In this document: piece by piece, positions 49,715-60,582 of the stretch
Numbering within the stretch: the first letter of the stretch is position 1
Layout: every line of letters begins with the position of its first letter
Translations under genes and position numbers: made by a program
The notes under the pieces: model-generated
Seen by the model: the letters and a program-made list of their open reading frames with translations, nothing else
The model's database searches: none
Told to the model about the DNA's origin: nothing
NCBI GenBank assembly: GCA_009859145.1
Contig: VRVR01000045.1
Span: 31,506-95,505, forward strand
Length of the DNA: 64,000 nt
Source of the DNA: Andalucia godoyi And28
Taxonomy: Eukaryota; Protista; Jakobida
Direction of reading: 5' to 3'

Positions 49715-52700
49715 ATGTTTGGGAATATATTTGACGAAAATCCGATTGATCTGGATTTCACCGGTTCCTATCGATATGCGCCGTACGTTGGCCTTGAAAA
49801 CGAAGGCGCGACGTGTTTTTTGAATGCACTTTTGCAGTCGTTGTACTGGTGTCACCACTTCCGAACATTCATGTTTCGGATTCCACTCCGGCAGCTGGGA
49901 GTGCACAACGACGAAGATCTGGTTCGGGTTTTCCTGTCTTCTGGTGACTTGCCGTCCCACATCAAGCTTGCGGAAGACGAGTATTATCCGCTGTCTGCAG
50001 ACGAGCTTGTTGCGATGGGTTTCTCCGAGAAGCTTGTTGCGGCTGCTCAAAAGGTGTATCGTGGCAAGTCCGAGCGCTATGCAGACGAGATGCTCGAGTG
50101 GATGATGAACCATAGCACGGCTGTTCGGAGTGCGGACGATGACGAAACGGACAGGATTACGGAGCCCCGGAAGCTCGTGCTGCATCTATTGGAGATCTTT
50201 GCTTCCCTGCAAATTCTGCAAGTACGGAGGAAGAGAAGGAGGACTGGCAGCGGGAGCCGTGATGTGGACCTGGATCTGGACCTGGACCTGGACCTGGACC
50301 TGGACGTGAATGTGGATCGTCCGTCTAGCATATCCGCCCTGAGACTGACAAGGACGTTCGGATGGACTGCCGAAGACTTGGGCACCCAGCATGACGCCGC
50401 CGAGCTGTATGCTGTGCTGATGGATGCTGTGCAGCAGCAGGTCTCGAAGTGCTCGCTTGGGAATCCAGCCAGCCACGCAGATCTCGACTTTGACGATCCG
50501 GCAGATTACGACGTCGCAGAGAAGGTGCTGCAGCGAACAATGTCTGGCGTCCAGACGATCACGACGTGTTGTACCGTGTGTGGCACCGAGTCGGCTCGCT
50601 TCGAGGACATATGGATGCTGCCGCTCACGGTTCCGCTTGAGCAGAGAGAACGCCCTGCGCGGCTGGAGGATCTCTATGCCGAGTATACGCATCCGGAAAC
50701 CTTGGATGGAGAAAACGCGTATCTGTGCGATCATTGCGGGAAGAAAGTGCGGGCACTGCGGTCTCAGTGCATTCAGAGGTATCCTTTGGTGCTCTCCGTG
50801 CATCTGCTGCGGTTCACGTACGATATGAAGAGAATGGAACGGGTGAAGATCAACTCCTTGGTGGAGTATCCACTCGAGTGGCAAGTTGGAGGAAACCCCG
50901 ACCTAACGTACACCCTTCGCTCCATCGTCGTTCATCTTGGCTCTGCTTACGGGGGCCACTACAAAGCGTATGTTCAGACAAATCCGGGCGAGTGGTTCGA
51001 GATGAATGATTCCAACGTCAGCCAAGTTCATGATCTGAAGTCTCTGCAAAACTCCTCGTCCTATCTCCTGTTCTACGAAAGAAGAGACCGGGATGCCGAA
51101 GACTCTGAAAAGCCTGCTGTTGCCGAAGACTTCGAGGCAGAGTGGCTTCTAAACACCCTGTCGATAGAGGCAAACCTGTCAGCGCAGGTGCGTGCGGTGT
51201 TTCAAGATCCGACCTTGCTTCCCCGTCTGCGCAACCAGTGGAAGCACGTGTGCTCGGCCGACAGCATCATCCAGCCGGACCTGTGCATATATCTTGCGGC
51301 GAAGTTCGGCTTACGGAAAGAATATCAACTCCGATCCCAAGAATCAATCAAGTTTGACGGCATCGAGCATGCGTCGTCGTCGTCTTCGAAGTTCGTAACT
51401 GGCATTTCCAGGATCCAGCCGCCGAAAGCAGGCCCTACTCTCTGTGACTCTCGACTGGTTGCAATTTTGCGTTCCCTCACGCAGGATGAGCTGTTCTGGT
51501 TTACTGTATCCCCTCCATCTCTACTCACAGAAGATCGCGTACTCGGCCACGACATCGTTCTCGTTCCTCGCACCGTGCAGTTTCCAGGCCATTGGCTCGA
51601 AATTCGGTGCTTCTATATGTTTGATGATTCGACGGACTGTGAACTATCCTTGTTTGTGTCGCCGTTCGTTACTGTGAATCAAGTATTGGATTTGGTGTAT
51701 CACAACGCGGGAAAGGCATTGCGAGCGACCTCTGAAATCCTGGAACCTGTATATGTCTATTCAGTTCCGGATCTCCAAGAGGAACGAAAGAAACAATCAC
51801 TGAAAGTTTATGAACCAAGCTCCAGAAGCTACGTTTCCGATTCATCCGCGCCGTTCATGTTCTCGTACCGCCAGGCTCGACGGCTGTGGATCGATCGGTC
51901 CGCGGGAAAGCGGATTCTGGATAAGATAACAGACGAATCAAATCGTGTGTCCATTGAAGTCAAACCGTTTGAGAATGTCCACGTGAAGTCATACCAAGAA
52001 GATCATGACATCTGGTTGTTCACTGTTTCTCGATTCACCACTGTGCGCGACCTGAAGCTCCTCGTTTCCCAAAAGGCACCGGAGATTGCAGAAAAGTGTG
52101 TGGTTGACGACACGTATCTTGCTCGTGCTGGTAATATCACAGTTGGGGATCCCATTTTTGACGAGTCTCTCTCTCTCTCCGAAGCTGGAATCTTCACAGG
52201 GGACTGCCTGCTGTGGGTTGCCGGCGCCCCACCGAATCCCAACGCCAAGGACCTCATCGTTGTTCTTTCAAAGTCCGCGGCTGCCGGCTCTTCTGCTTTT
52301 GCGGCAGTTGTCGAAGATGTCGTCGGTCCGTTTTCACCGTACATGCATGAGCACTCGGGTTCGTCGTCGGCCAGCAAAGAGATCAAGCGAGTGACTCTTC
52401 CGAAAGTGGATTTCTCAACTGCACGCCTGGCGGATTTGACCTCGCGGTCTGAACTTCGAGAATATGCCATGTTTGTGGAGCAGATATGGACTTGCGACTT
52501 CTTCCAGCTTCCACGAGACTGCCTGGTCGATTTTACCAAGAACAGATTTGACACGAGAACTCTCAAGGCAATTGGACTGCAGGATGAAGATACGATCTGC
52601 ATGATGATTAACGATGATGCCCGTAACGTCAACGAAGAAGGCGACATACAGGTTTCTGTCCATGTCGGGGTGAGTCTGAACGACCGCTTTTGGTGGGGAA

Positions 52701-53524
52701 TGACCGACCAGTACCTCCAGTGCACGTCTCATTCGTTTTCGCTGCGCACGCCGATGAAAGAGTTTCTTTCCAAGATTGGAAGTCTTCCATTGCCACCACC
52801 ACCACCACCCGCTGCTGCTGCTGCAAGCAGCTGTGCGCCGCCAAAAGACACTCCAACCGGCGAATTTGGTACATGGCTCGCGCTTCCACATCTGCATTCG
52901 CCTTACCCGCTGCCGAGTGCCATTCACGTGCCCCTCGCTTGGCGTTTGTTCGCTCCTCTGGATTCATACGCAGACTTCAATTCCCTAGAAGAAGCACTGT
53001 CTGATATTCTGAAGCGGGATGTGACTCCCGGTACCCTTCCCAGCCCGCATGACAAGCTGACGACCTCTGAACAGCATTACTTGACCATTATTCGCTCTCC
53101 TTTCAAGTCTGCTGGCGTCCCGTTGTTTCTTGTTCGGCATGAAACAGGATCTATTCAAACTGTGCACTTGGCGGCGCAGGACAAGCGAACTGCCCCATCG
53201 CTGGCCGTCGAAAACGACCAAATGCTGATGAAATTCGATTACACCGAATCAAGGTGGATTGTTTGCAGCCGGAAGAAGCGAAAGAAGGGCCGTGTCGCCC
53301 CCTGCGACGCTTGGATGGTAATCAATGCGTCCGATGAATGGTTCCAGAAGACCATCAATGGAAAGACACAACGCCAGGACGGGCTCGGCTTGTGCGGCGG
53401 GGGTGGTGACGATGATTTGCAACGTGCGCTGGAAGAGTCGGCGATGATGGCTGTTGCGAATCATTCAAAAGCAGACGCAAGTGCTCCGAGGAAGGCGGAA
53501 AAAGGTGTGCGTATTGCCCTGTGA
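49715..53524 (+). CDS. USP40: Ubiquitin-specific protease, USP40-like
   Basis: Cys box GLENEGATCFLNALLQSL; LTRTFGW; QHDAAEL; His box HLGSAYGGHYKAY; WFEMNDS. N-terminus MFGNIFDE recalls USP40. USP family is certain; the subfamily is inferred. Confidence 0.8.
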   Translation: MFGNIFDENPIDLDFTGSYRYAPYVGLENEGATCFLNALLQSLYWCHHFRTFMFRIPLRQLGVHNDEDLVRVFLSSGDLPSHIKLAEDEYYPLSADELVAMGFSEKLVAAAQKVYRGKSERYADEMLEWMMNHSTAVRSADDDETDRITEPRKLVLHLLEIFASLQILQVRRKRRRTGSGSRDVDLDLDLDLDLDLDVNVDRPSSISALRLTRTFGWTAEDLGTQHDAAELYAVLMDAVQQQVSKCSLGNPASHADLDFDDPADYDVAEKVLQRTMSGVQTITTCCTVCGTESARFEDIWMLPLTVPLEQRERPARLEDLYAEYTHPETLDGENAYLCDHCGKKVRALRSQCIQRYPLVLSVHLLRFTYDMKRMERVKINSLVEYPLEWQVGGNPDLTYTLRSIVVHLGSAYGGHYKAYVQTNPGEWFEMNDSNVSQVHDLKSLQNSSSYLLFYERRDRDAEDSEKPAVAEDFEAEWLLNTLSIEANLSAQVRAVFQDPTLLPRLRNQWKHVCSADSIIQPDLCIYLAAKFGLRKEYQLRSQESIKFDGIEHASSSSSKFVTGISRIQPPKAGPTLCDSRLVAILRSLTQDELFWFTVSPPSLLTEDRVLGHDIVLVPRTVQFPGHWLEIRCFYMFDDSTDCELSLFVSPFVTVNQVLDLVYHNAGKALRATSEILEPVYVYSVPDLQEERKKQSLKVYEPSSRSYVSDSSAPFMFSYRQARRLWIDRSAGKRILDKITDESNRVSIEVKPFENVHVKSYQEDHDIWLFTVSRFTTVRDLKLLVSQKAPEIAEKCVVDDTYLARAGNITVGDPIFDESLSLSEAGIFTGDCLLWVAGAPPNPNAKDLIVVLSKSAAAGSSAFAAVVEDVVGPFSPYMHEHSGSSSASKEIKRVTLPKVDFSTARLADLTSRSELREYAMFVEQIWTCDFFQLPRDCLVDFTKNRFDTRTLKAIGLQDEDTICMMINDDARNVNEEGDIQVSVHVGVSLNDRFWWGMTDQYLQCTSHSFSLRTPMKEFLSKIGSLPLPPPPPPAAAAASSCAPPKDTPTGEFGTWLALPHLHSPYPLPSAIHVPLAWRLFAPLDSYADFNSLEEALSDILKRDVTPGTLPSPHDKLTTSEQHYLTIIRSPFKSAGVPLFLVRHETGSIQTVHLAAQDKRTAPSLAVENDQMLMKFDYTESRWIVCSRKKRKKGRVAPCDAWMVINASDEWFQKTINGKTQRQDGLGLCGGGGDDDLQRALEESAMMAVANHSKADASAPRKAEKGVRIAL

Positions 53525-53586
53525 AGGCATGTAAAAGGAGAAAGGGAGATTGGTTTTTGTTTTTGATTTTTGACGTGCAACACCTG

Positions 53587-55470
53587 CTAAGCCATGGACA
53601 CTTGTTCCCTTTTCTTTCCCGACATCAAATGGTGGCCACCGCGGGTTGCTTCCCTGACTACGTCTTTCCATTGTTTCCCGTATTGCCAAGAGCTGACCAT
53701 CGACAGCCAGTCTGCAGGAGACGGGTTCCAGCCGTCCGTGGATTCTCTAAAGTACGGGAACACTTCTCGATCTAACATTTCGGCTGTGATCTGTGCATCG
53801 ATTGCACACAACCAGGGGGAGATCTCGGATTCGCGGAGCGGCGGCCCGAAAAAGACGTGCTGCTCCAGACGGCCCGGTCGAAGAACAGCTGGGTCAATAG
53901 CTTCCTTTCTGCTTGTGGTTCCAATTACCACTACTCCATCGCGGTTCTCGATTCCATCCAGTTCGGTGAGAAGAGTATTGACGATTCTGTCTGTGACTCC
54001 GGAAGAGTCGTGTCCTCGAACAGGTGCAATGGAGTCCACTTCGTCCAGCACCAGGACACAGGGTCGACGACTCGATGACCGTGCACGCTCAAATATTGAA
54101 CGTAAATTTGACTCGCTCTGACCGGTAAACTTGGACAGAAACTCGGGGCCACGAATGAACAAGAAGGAGCCACCTCGCTGATGCACCAACTGGCACATCT
54201 GCTTGGCAATGTACGACTTTCCAAACCCCGAGGGTCCAAAAAACAAATACCCCAGCGCACACGGTGGTTTCATGAGGCGAGTCAGTGCCTCGCAGACGAA
54301 CGGGGCCATGATTTCATCAATCAGAGTTTCACAAACGTCGCGATACAAATGGAACCTGACTGGATGGTCTGCAGTGGAACGCTGCTCACCGCGTCCTTCT
54401 CCTGCCAATACATCATCATCATCACCGCTACAGCGATCACCGCCGTCGACGTCGTCACTAGGCAGCTGCCTCAGTCTCACGTTCATCCAAACGGAAGGGG
54501 CAGCAGAAGCAGCGCACACGCCTATGCGAGACAGGAAGGATGGTTGCAGATAGAACACAAGATCAGTGACGGAGGATCTCTGCATAACAAAACCTGCGCG
54601 TTTCGCTTTGCGAATAACATTTGCGACGATCGCTTGTCTCTTCAGCGAATCCATTGGGAGTTCAAATTCAAAGACGTTTTCGCGACAGAAGAACAGTCTG
54701 CCATCTGCCACGTCGCGCAGGAACTCCTCGAAAAACGGTAAAGGCAATACAGGGAAGAGAGACACTTCCAGAGGAAGATCAAGACTGTCGCTGTCCTCTT
54801 CCTCTGTTGCCGCGTCACCCGCTCCGTCAGCGCCATCCTTGGCGATGGAATGCCAGGGCGACAGCTGATGCAGTGCCGGCGTGAGCAGGCCAAACGGGTC
54901 TCGATGCTTCTTCAATTCGATGGATATTTCGCAGTTGGCGCCCATTCTTCTCAACACGTGCGGAACTTTAACACGAAACTGGATTCCCAAGACCCGGAGG
55001 CGCTGATCCGGATACACGATCGACGAGATCGAGTGCCAGTTGACCGCCTCCAGCTCTTGAGCAGACGTCGTGTTCAAAAGATCTGCATCTTGCGTGGAGT
55101 CCGGGACCAGGACGACCGACTCGGCAATTTCCGGCACAAACGGCTGCACCGTGCGCAGGTCCATGTCCAGCAGCAACGAGATCGAGCCCCAAAACGCCGA
55201 GGGCACGGACCCGGACTCGGACTCGCAGAAATGGTGCGCAGAAACCTCGACGTGCTGCGTGATGTTCCAATGAAACTGCACATAGATCGGGCGGCTTTCC
55301 AAAACCTTAGTTTTCGGATGCAGAGCAAACACCAGCATCGGAATGCCGTGAAATGCTTGTAAATGCTCTGCAACCTCGCGCGTCAGCGTGATTGCAGATG
55401 TGCCAGAGGATGGCAGCACCGTGTGCACATTCACGCGAAACGACAGTTGCTTCGACGTCCGGAATGACAT
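53587..55470 (-). CDS. PEX1: Compact PEX1-like AAA+ ATPase
   Basis: Walker A GPSGFGKS; GPEFLSKFTGQSE; Walker B VLVLDEVD; RGHDSSGVTDRIVN (PEX1-typical); DPAVLRPGRL. An upstream segment VVLVPDSTQDADLL resembles the PEX1 N-domain. Confidence 0.75.
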   Translation of the reverse strand: MSFRTSKQLSFRVNVHTVLPSSGTSAITLTREVAEHLQAFHGIPMLVFALHPKTKVLESRPIYVQFHWNITQHVEVSAHHFCESESGSVPSAFWGSISLLLDMDLRTVQPFVPEIAESVVLVPDSTQDADLLNTTSAQELEAVNWHSISSIVYPDQRLRVLGIQFRVKVPHVLRRMGANCEISIELKKHRDPFGLLTPALHQLSPWHSIAKDGADGAGDAATEEEDSDSLDLPLEVSLFPVLPLPFFEEFLRDVADGRLFFCRENVFEFELPMDSLKRQAIVANVIRKAKRAGFVMQRSSVTDLVFYLQPSFLSRIGVCAASAAPSVWMNVRLRQLPSDDVDGGDRCSGDDDDVLAGEGRGEQRSTADHPVRFHLYRDVCETLIDEIMAPFVCEALTRLMKPPCALGYLFFGPSGFGKSYIAKQMCQLVHQRGGSFLFIRGPEFLSKFTGQSESNLRSIFERARSSSRRPCVLVLDEVDSIAPVRGHDSSGVTDRIVNTLLTELDGIENRDGVVVIGTTSRKEAIDPAVLRPGRLEQHVFFGPPLRESEISPWLCAIDAQITAEMLDREVFPYFRESTDGWNPSPADWLSMVSSWQYGKQWKDVVREATRGGHHLMSGKKREQVSMA

Positions 55471-55886
55471 CCTTCTCCTCCTCCTCCGCCTCTTCCTCCT
55501 CCTCCGCCTCCTCCTCCTCCTCTTGATATGTCAACACTACAGCGATAAAAAACACGGGAAATGACACGATGTAACACGACATGACGCAGAATGATACAGC
55601 GACCCGGGATGTCTGAACCACAAAAAAAAAAAATGATGACAAAACGATTGTAGTACGAGGATCAAGTGAGGCGTCCTTCAATTCAACTTGGAGAGCGGAC
55701 TTTTTTTCTTTTACAGTTGAAAAGAAAAATAGCGACCGTTCTAATTCATGCATTGTGGGTATTTGATTTTGTGTGGTTCGTTTTAATGTTTTCTTGATTT
55801 TGTTTTTGTTTTTTGTTTTTTTTTTTGAAGTTTTGAATGGTTTAAAGGAGTCGATTTAAAATTAGACTCAGGAAGAGATCATAAGA

Positions 55887-57086
55887 ATGAAGTCGATCTT
55901 CCATGCACTGGCCTCGCGGGTGCTCAGTCTTCCGATTCCGTATGTGCCGGATGCCTCGGAGCGGCGATTGCTGAGCGCGATTGTCCCGGAGACACCGTCT
56001 ACAGCAGATATGCAGCTTCGACTTGCACTTCGGTTGGGGCACGCGCTGAGCCAGCAGCGGGCACTGACGAGCGACTCGACATACAAGAACGTGCTGTCTT
56101 CTGAGGATGACGACGGCGACTCGTCGTCATCGTATCTGCCGTACTACTTGATTGACGCGATCCTCGCGCAGTTGTATGCAGCGCACGACTATGTGGCATC
56201 GCTGAAGCTGGCGCTGCGGTCCATCGATGTGTTTCTTTCGCGGTTTTCGGTCCTGTTCGAGAAGCTTGACATGGATGGCCTGGCAGCAGGATCGCTGCGG
56301 TTTGTCTCGGATGCAGAGTCGGTGACGTGGAAGACGGACCCGCGAGAGGTGCTGGAGCGAGACGACCCGAAAACGCGGCTTCGACGGGCGCATCTCATGA
56401 GGAAGGGGCTGCAGGCGATCATGGAGCCGTATGCCGCTCTTGTTGATCTGTATGGGCTTCAAAGTGAAGGCGAGCACCATGTGAGCTTGGAGGGCGTGGA
56501 TGTGTCGATTATCCTTCCGCTGTCGCTAGAGGAACCGGGGCGGGCGTCGGAAATGTATTACCCGTTGCTGTTTTCTATTGTTGCATGCGACCTCTTGCAG
56601 CTCAAGCGGCGCGTGGACCAGGAAATCGAGTTGCTGCAGTTTGCGAAAGATCGGGAACTCACTCCCGGCGGAGACTCGGGCCGCGACGAAGCGTTTCGAA
56701 GAGAAATGGAGCGAGAGCGCGAGGCCGAGCAGAAAACTGGAGAGGTTATTACGGTCCAGCCGCTGCATGACATTCAAGTCCTGCCAAATTCGATTGTGAG
56801 CTTGGAAAACGTCAGAAAAGATATTCTGGACAATGTGTTTGTGGACCGTAACCCTTGGAGCATGACAATCGAAGAGTTTGGAGAACGTCTGATGCAGCAA
56901 CAAGCTGAAATGAAACAGAAAAACATTGATCACGCCATCAAGGAAGAGCAGCAGAAGAATATGTGGGTGGCTCCAGGATACACTCCTGAAGAGCAGGAAG
57001 AGGAAGAGCGGAAGAAGCAGTCGTCATGGGATGACTGGAAGGATGAAAATCCGTACGGCGCTGGAAATTCAATGCGGAACAAATAG
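55887..57086 (+). CDS. TAP42: PP2A regulator TAP42/alpha4
   Basis: Helical N-domain, PWSMTIEEFGE and C-terminal WDDWKDENPYGAGN motif. Confidence 0.9.
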   Translation: MKSIFHALASRVLSLPIPYVPDASERRLLSAIVPETPSTADMQLRLALRLGHALSQQRALTSDSTYKNVLSSEDDDGDSSSSYLPYYLIDAILAQLYAAHDYVASLKLALRSIDVFLSRFSVLFEKLDMDGLAAGSLRFVSDAESVTWKTDPREVLERDDPKTRLRRAHLMRKGLQAIMEPYAALVDLYGLQSEGEHHVSLEGVDVSIILPLSLEEPGRASEMYYPLLFSIVACDLLQLKRRVDQEIELLQFAKDRELTPGGDSGRDEAFRREMEREREAEQKTGEVITVQPLHDIQVLPNSIVSLENVRKDILDNVFVDRNPWSMTIEEFGERLMQQQAEMKQKNIDHAIKEEQQKNMWVAPGYTPEEQEEEERKKQSSWDDWKDENPYGAGNSMRNK

Positions 57087-57400
57087 GTGGAATCGGAGAA
57101 GCGGAAAAGAGGAAGAGAGATGCTACTGCCACTGCTGTTGCTGCTGCTGCCGAGGATTGTTGCTACGGATGGTTGGACCAGAAGATCAGTCAACGTAGAC
57201 GCCGTGCAAGAATCCAGCGCATCTAATTATCGTGCTATCTTTTTCGAATGCTTGACCTTTTTGTTTACCATAGTCTTCGTTTCCTTGCGATTTGTTAATT
57301 ACAACGGACGTCCCAAGGCAATATGCTACATCCTTGATTGTTTCACAGCGAGAAAGGAGGAGGAGCGGAAGAAGAAGAAGAAGAAGAAGACACTCAATTC

Positions 57401-58885
57401 TCATTGTTGCTCGGTAAGATAAACAACAACAACAGGCTCTGTGACTTCGATTCCCGAACTGCGAGGCACCACAATGTGAGCATGTGAGGTGCTGACGGTC
57501 ACCGGAGAACCTTGCAGTTTCACAGCAATACGAAGCTTGGAATTCCCCGTCCTCTTCAGCATGTTGGGAGTGGAATTCACGCCAAAAGTAGAAGCGGATG
57601 AAGACGTTGACAAAACATTTGATGATGGGATGGCGGACAAGGAGGCAGATGCTAGTGATGCCGCCGCCTCTGACGCGGGATTCTCAGCATTGCCGGTTTG
57701 CTCTTCGGTGAGCACCGCCAGGAAAATACTGTCAATGAGCATCGGATTGGATGATACTCCCACTGCGGAAAAGAACGCTTCATTAGCCTTTATCACGCGA
57801 CCTTTGGCGTTCTTTGGCGCTTCATTCTTGTCTTCGTCCTTTGCAGAAGCTTCCGCGGCGGGCTCTTCATTTGAGACGGACGAAAGCGGGCCAGATACAA
57901 CTGCCGCTGGAAATGGGCATTCCCAGAAGCCAAACGACGGTGCGTTCCATTCAATCCAGTGATCCCACTCATCTCTGCAATAACACTGTCGTCCGTAGAG
58001 CGTCGAAGAGTCGACCATCTTGATGCTGGAGTGGTGTGCGGAGAGCGGCACCTGTACTGCCGTACTGCCGGCGGTGTGAGAATAAAACGCGCCTCCATGT
58101 GATCCAATACCCCCTGTAGCCGCAGCGCCAGCAGCATTGCCATTTGCAGTGCTGTTTTGTCCGCTGCTATTCATACTTGTGCCGCTCGCAACGCCGTTGG
58201 CAGCCGTTGAGCCGAATGAAGTTGCAGATCCCGACGACGTGCTGCTGTTCGCACCTCCACTGGTCGCGGACCCTGAGGTCTGTGGAAGAGCAAAAAACCG
58301 CGATCCATCACCATGCATGTGCCCGTGATGCAAAGGATGCGAAACCGACCCTGCGCCGGCTCCTGTGCCGGCACCTGCGGACGAATGCATGCCACTCATC
58401 TGCGGATGACCATGGTGCTGCGCCATGCCCATTCCAACGCCGATGCTATTCGTATTGATATTCATATTCATGTACTGTGGCATCGGGGTAATGAGCGACG
58501 TTTGTGTTCCCGCCGCTCCCGGGGACCCGTAGAAGGGCAGCGTAATGACCGGAAGTCCGGCCGTTGAAAGAGCAGGGCGACCTCTCTTCTTTGGCGGATC
58601 ATCGCAGCACATCGGGAGTGAGAGCTTTAGACACCGGACACACGGCCGTTGTTCGTCGCACTTCTTGTGAGCCCTTCTGCAGTTTGCGCACGCTTGGCGC
58701 GATAACGAAGCAGACGACGACGACGCATTCAAATTGTTTGTGGAACTCGGATCGTACGAGTCCGATACTGGAGACGATGGCGCAGACGAAGATGATGGAC
58801 GCCGGACCTGAACCGTCACTGGGACCGTCACCGGAACCGTCATGGCAGACGATGACGCTGACGATGACACTTCAGAAGACGACAT
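57401..58885 (-). CDS. Zn(II)2Cys6 binuclear cluster transcription factor
   Basis: CANCRRAHKKCDEQRPCVRCLKLSLPMC followed by KKRGRP; possible PAS-like C-terminal segment (FPAAVV...VIKANEAF). Confidence 0.85.
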   Translation of the reverse strand: MSSSEVSSSASSSAMTVPVTVPVTVQVRRPSSSSAPSSPVSDSYDPSSTNNLNASSSSASLSRQACANCRRAHKKCDEQRPCVRCLKLSLPMCCDDPPKKRGRPALSTAGLPVITLPFYGSPGAAGTQTSLITPMPQYMNMNINTNSIGVGMGMAQHHGHPQMSGMHSSAGAGTGAGAGSVSHPLHHGHMHGDGSRFFALPQTSGSATSGGANSSTSSGSATSFGSTAANGVASGTSMNSSGQNSTANGNAAGAAATGGIGSHGGAFYSHTAGSTAVQVPLSAHHSSIKMVDSSTLYGRQCYCRDEWDHWIEWNAPSFGFWECPFPAAVVSGPLSSVSNEEPAAEASAKDEDKNEAPKNAKGRVIKANEAFFSAVGVSSNPMLIDSIFLAVLTEEQTGNAENPASEAAASLASASLSAIPSSNVLSTSSSASTFGVNSTPNMLKRTGNSKLRIAVKLQGSPVTVSTSHAHIVVPRSSGIEVTEPVVVVYLTEQQ

Positions 58886-59270
58886 CTACTTCACACTTTT
58901 ACTCCAGCACGCACACGCCGAAAACGCACACGAAAGCACCCTCTGATCGCACGCGAAACCTGGAGAAACTGGCAAAGACGAACAAGACTGCACTTGAGAC
59001 AGCAGAAAATGAAATCACGAAACGAATTCACGGAATGAAATGACAAATACGAAAACAATGTCTTGGCGAACGACGGGAACGGGGGTTTTGGGCTTTTTAG
59101 GAGGGTACTTGTCGGGGTTCCGGGAAGGCGGGGGTTCGGGAAAGCACCGATGTCCGATGGCCAATTTGGGGGGGTGTCATGTCAGTGACGCTCTCTGACA
59201 CTGACACGGACTCGGACACTGACATTGGGGGGGGATTTTTCTCCCGCGCTCGGAGGGATGTGTGCCTCGA

Positions 59271-59368
59271 GAGTCAAGAGTCAAGAGTCAAGAGTCAAGA
59301 GTCAAGAGTCAAGAGTCAAGAGTCAAGAGTCAAGAGTCAAGAGTCAAGAGTCAAGAGTCAAGAGTCAA
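59271..59368. repeat. Perfect heptamer tandem repeat (GAGTCAA)14
   Basis: Counted directly: 14 perfect copies. Confidence 0.97.
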
Positions 59369-59438
59369 GATGCACTGCTGCATCTTCATCTTTCGAAATC
59401 GCTCATGTTAACTGGCTGTTGGAGAGCGGGGGAGTAGG

Positions 59439-59978
59439 ATGTCAGTGACCCAACTTGGAGAGCTAGGTGCGGCTTCCATGTGTGGCGGTGGTGTGTCGCC
59501 GGAGCTGCAAGCGTGGATTATCCCTGCACAAATCCAGTCTGCCAAGCCGAGGCTGGATGCTCCAGTGCAAGGCTACTTTGCGTCGCGCATCTACCCGTCG
59601 TTTGCATCGTATGATCGTGCGGAGCTAGGAGATCGCAGCACGTCGGAGCAAATGCATCTCGTGGAGTGCAATCACAGTGACAATGACACCACGGTCGCAT
59701 TCTTCCGCGGACGCATTCTGTCGCAAATGGAAGCAATCCCATCACCCATTTCGCAGAGTGCGGATTCTCAATCACAGGCCAATGGATCCGGAAACCAGAA
59801 AGACCCTCGCGTGTTTATGATGCAGTCAGGGGTCGCAGGAGAAAGGAAACTCGTGGCTGTGAATCGCATCGCCGAATTCAAACTGGCCGGCGATGAGTTT
59901 CGACAGTCGATTCTCTCCAAGGCCAAAGCATACCTGAGTGTCGCGAGTCAGGCGCATGCACAGCCGCCGATTTCCTGA
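59439..59978 (+). CDS. RNASEH2C: Ribonuclease H2 subunit C-like protein
   Basis: IIPAQI...APVQGYF, AFFRGRIL and C-terminal AKAYLSVASQAH follow the RNase H2C pattern (LPC.I...A.V..YF / A.FRGR.L / W...A.AIH). Confidence 0.6.
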   Translation: MSVTQLGELGAASMCGGGVSPELQAWIIPAQIQSAKPRLDAPVQGYFASRIYPSFASYDRAELGDRSTSEQMHLVECNHSDNDTTVAFFRGRILSQMEAIPSPISQSADSQSQANGSGNQKDPRVFMMQSGVAGERKLVAVNRIAEFKLAGDEFRQSILSKAKAYLSVASQAHAQPPIS

Positions 59979-60582
59979 TGATTGAGTGTCGTGGGCCGAC
60001 GTCGATGCATGTCAGAATCTCCGGTCTCGTCCATTGAAACAGCTGCTTGTCCAACACTGTAACAGTCGGTAAGCACGGTGCCATTCGATCGCTCGGGAAA
60101 GTGTCGTCCAGGACGCTCTAAGACGCAAGCGATTTCGTCGGTTGTTCGGCGTACAGAATACAGGTACACCATGAATTACAATAAATAACAGCGAAAATAG
60201 AAAACAAAAGTGAAAAGAATGGCGTGTTTTCCCTCCTGCCGTAGACTGTCCGAAATGGCTCTCCAGTCTTTCCAAGCCTCGACCACTGTAGTCAGAAGGT
60301 GCGCACGTGGCAAAAAATAATAAAAAAACGAGTTGCACGCGTGATGCATCGCCATGCGTCATGCATGGAGGCTTTTTTTTCTCTTATTGGCAACTGTGGA
60401 ATTCAGCAGTCTTTGGTGACCTTGGGTTCGTTCGATCATTCCGCCTTCCTTCTTCGCTGTGCCTTCTTTTTTATTCTGATCTTGTTTCTCTGTTGTTTGT
60501 TTGTTTTGTTTTTAATTAAATTAGTGCAGTGGTCCTGATTTTGATCATTTTTGAAAAGAAAAAGACAACGAGTTCGTGGATC

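Noticed and set aside
59179-59448. ORFs reading SQESRVK repeats
   Set aside because: Translation artefact of the (GAGTCAA)14 array.
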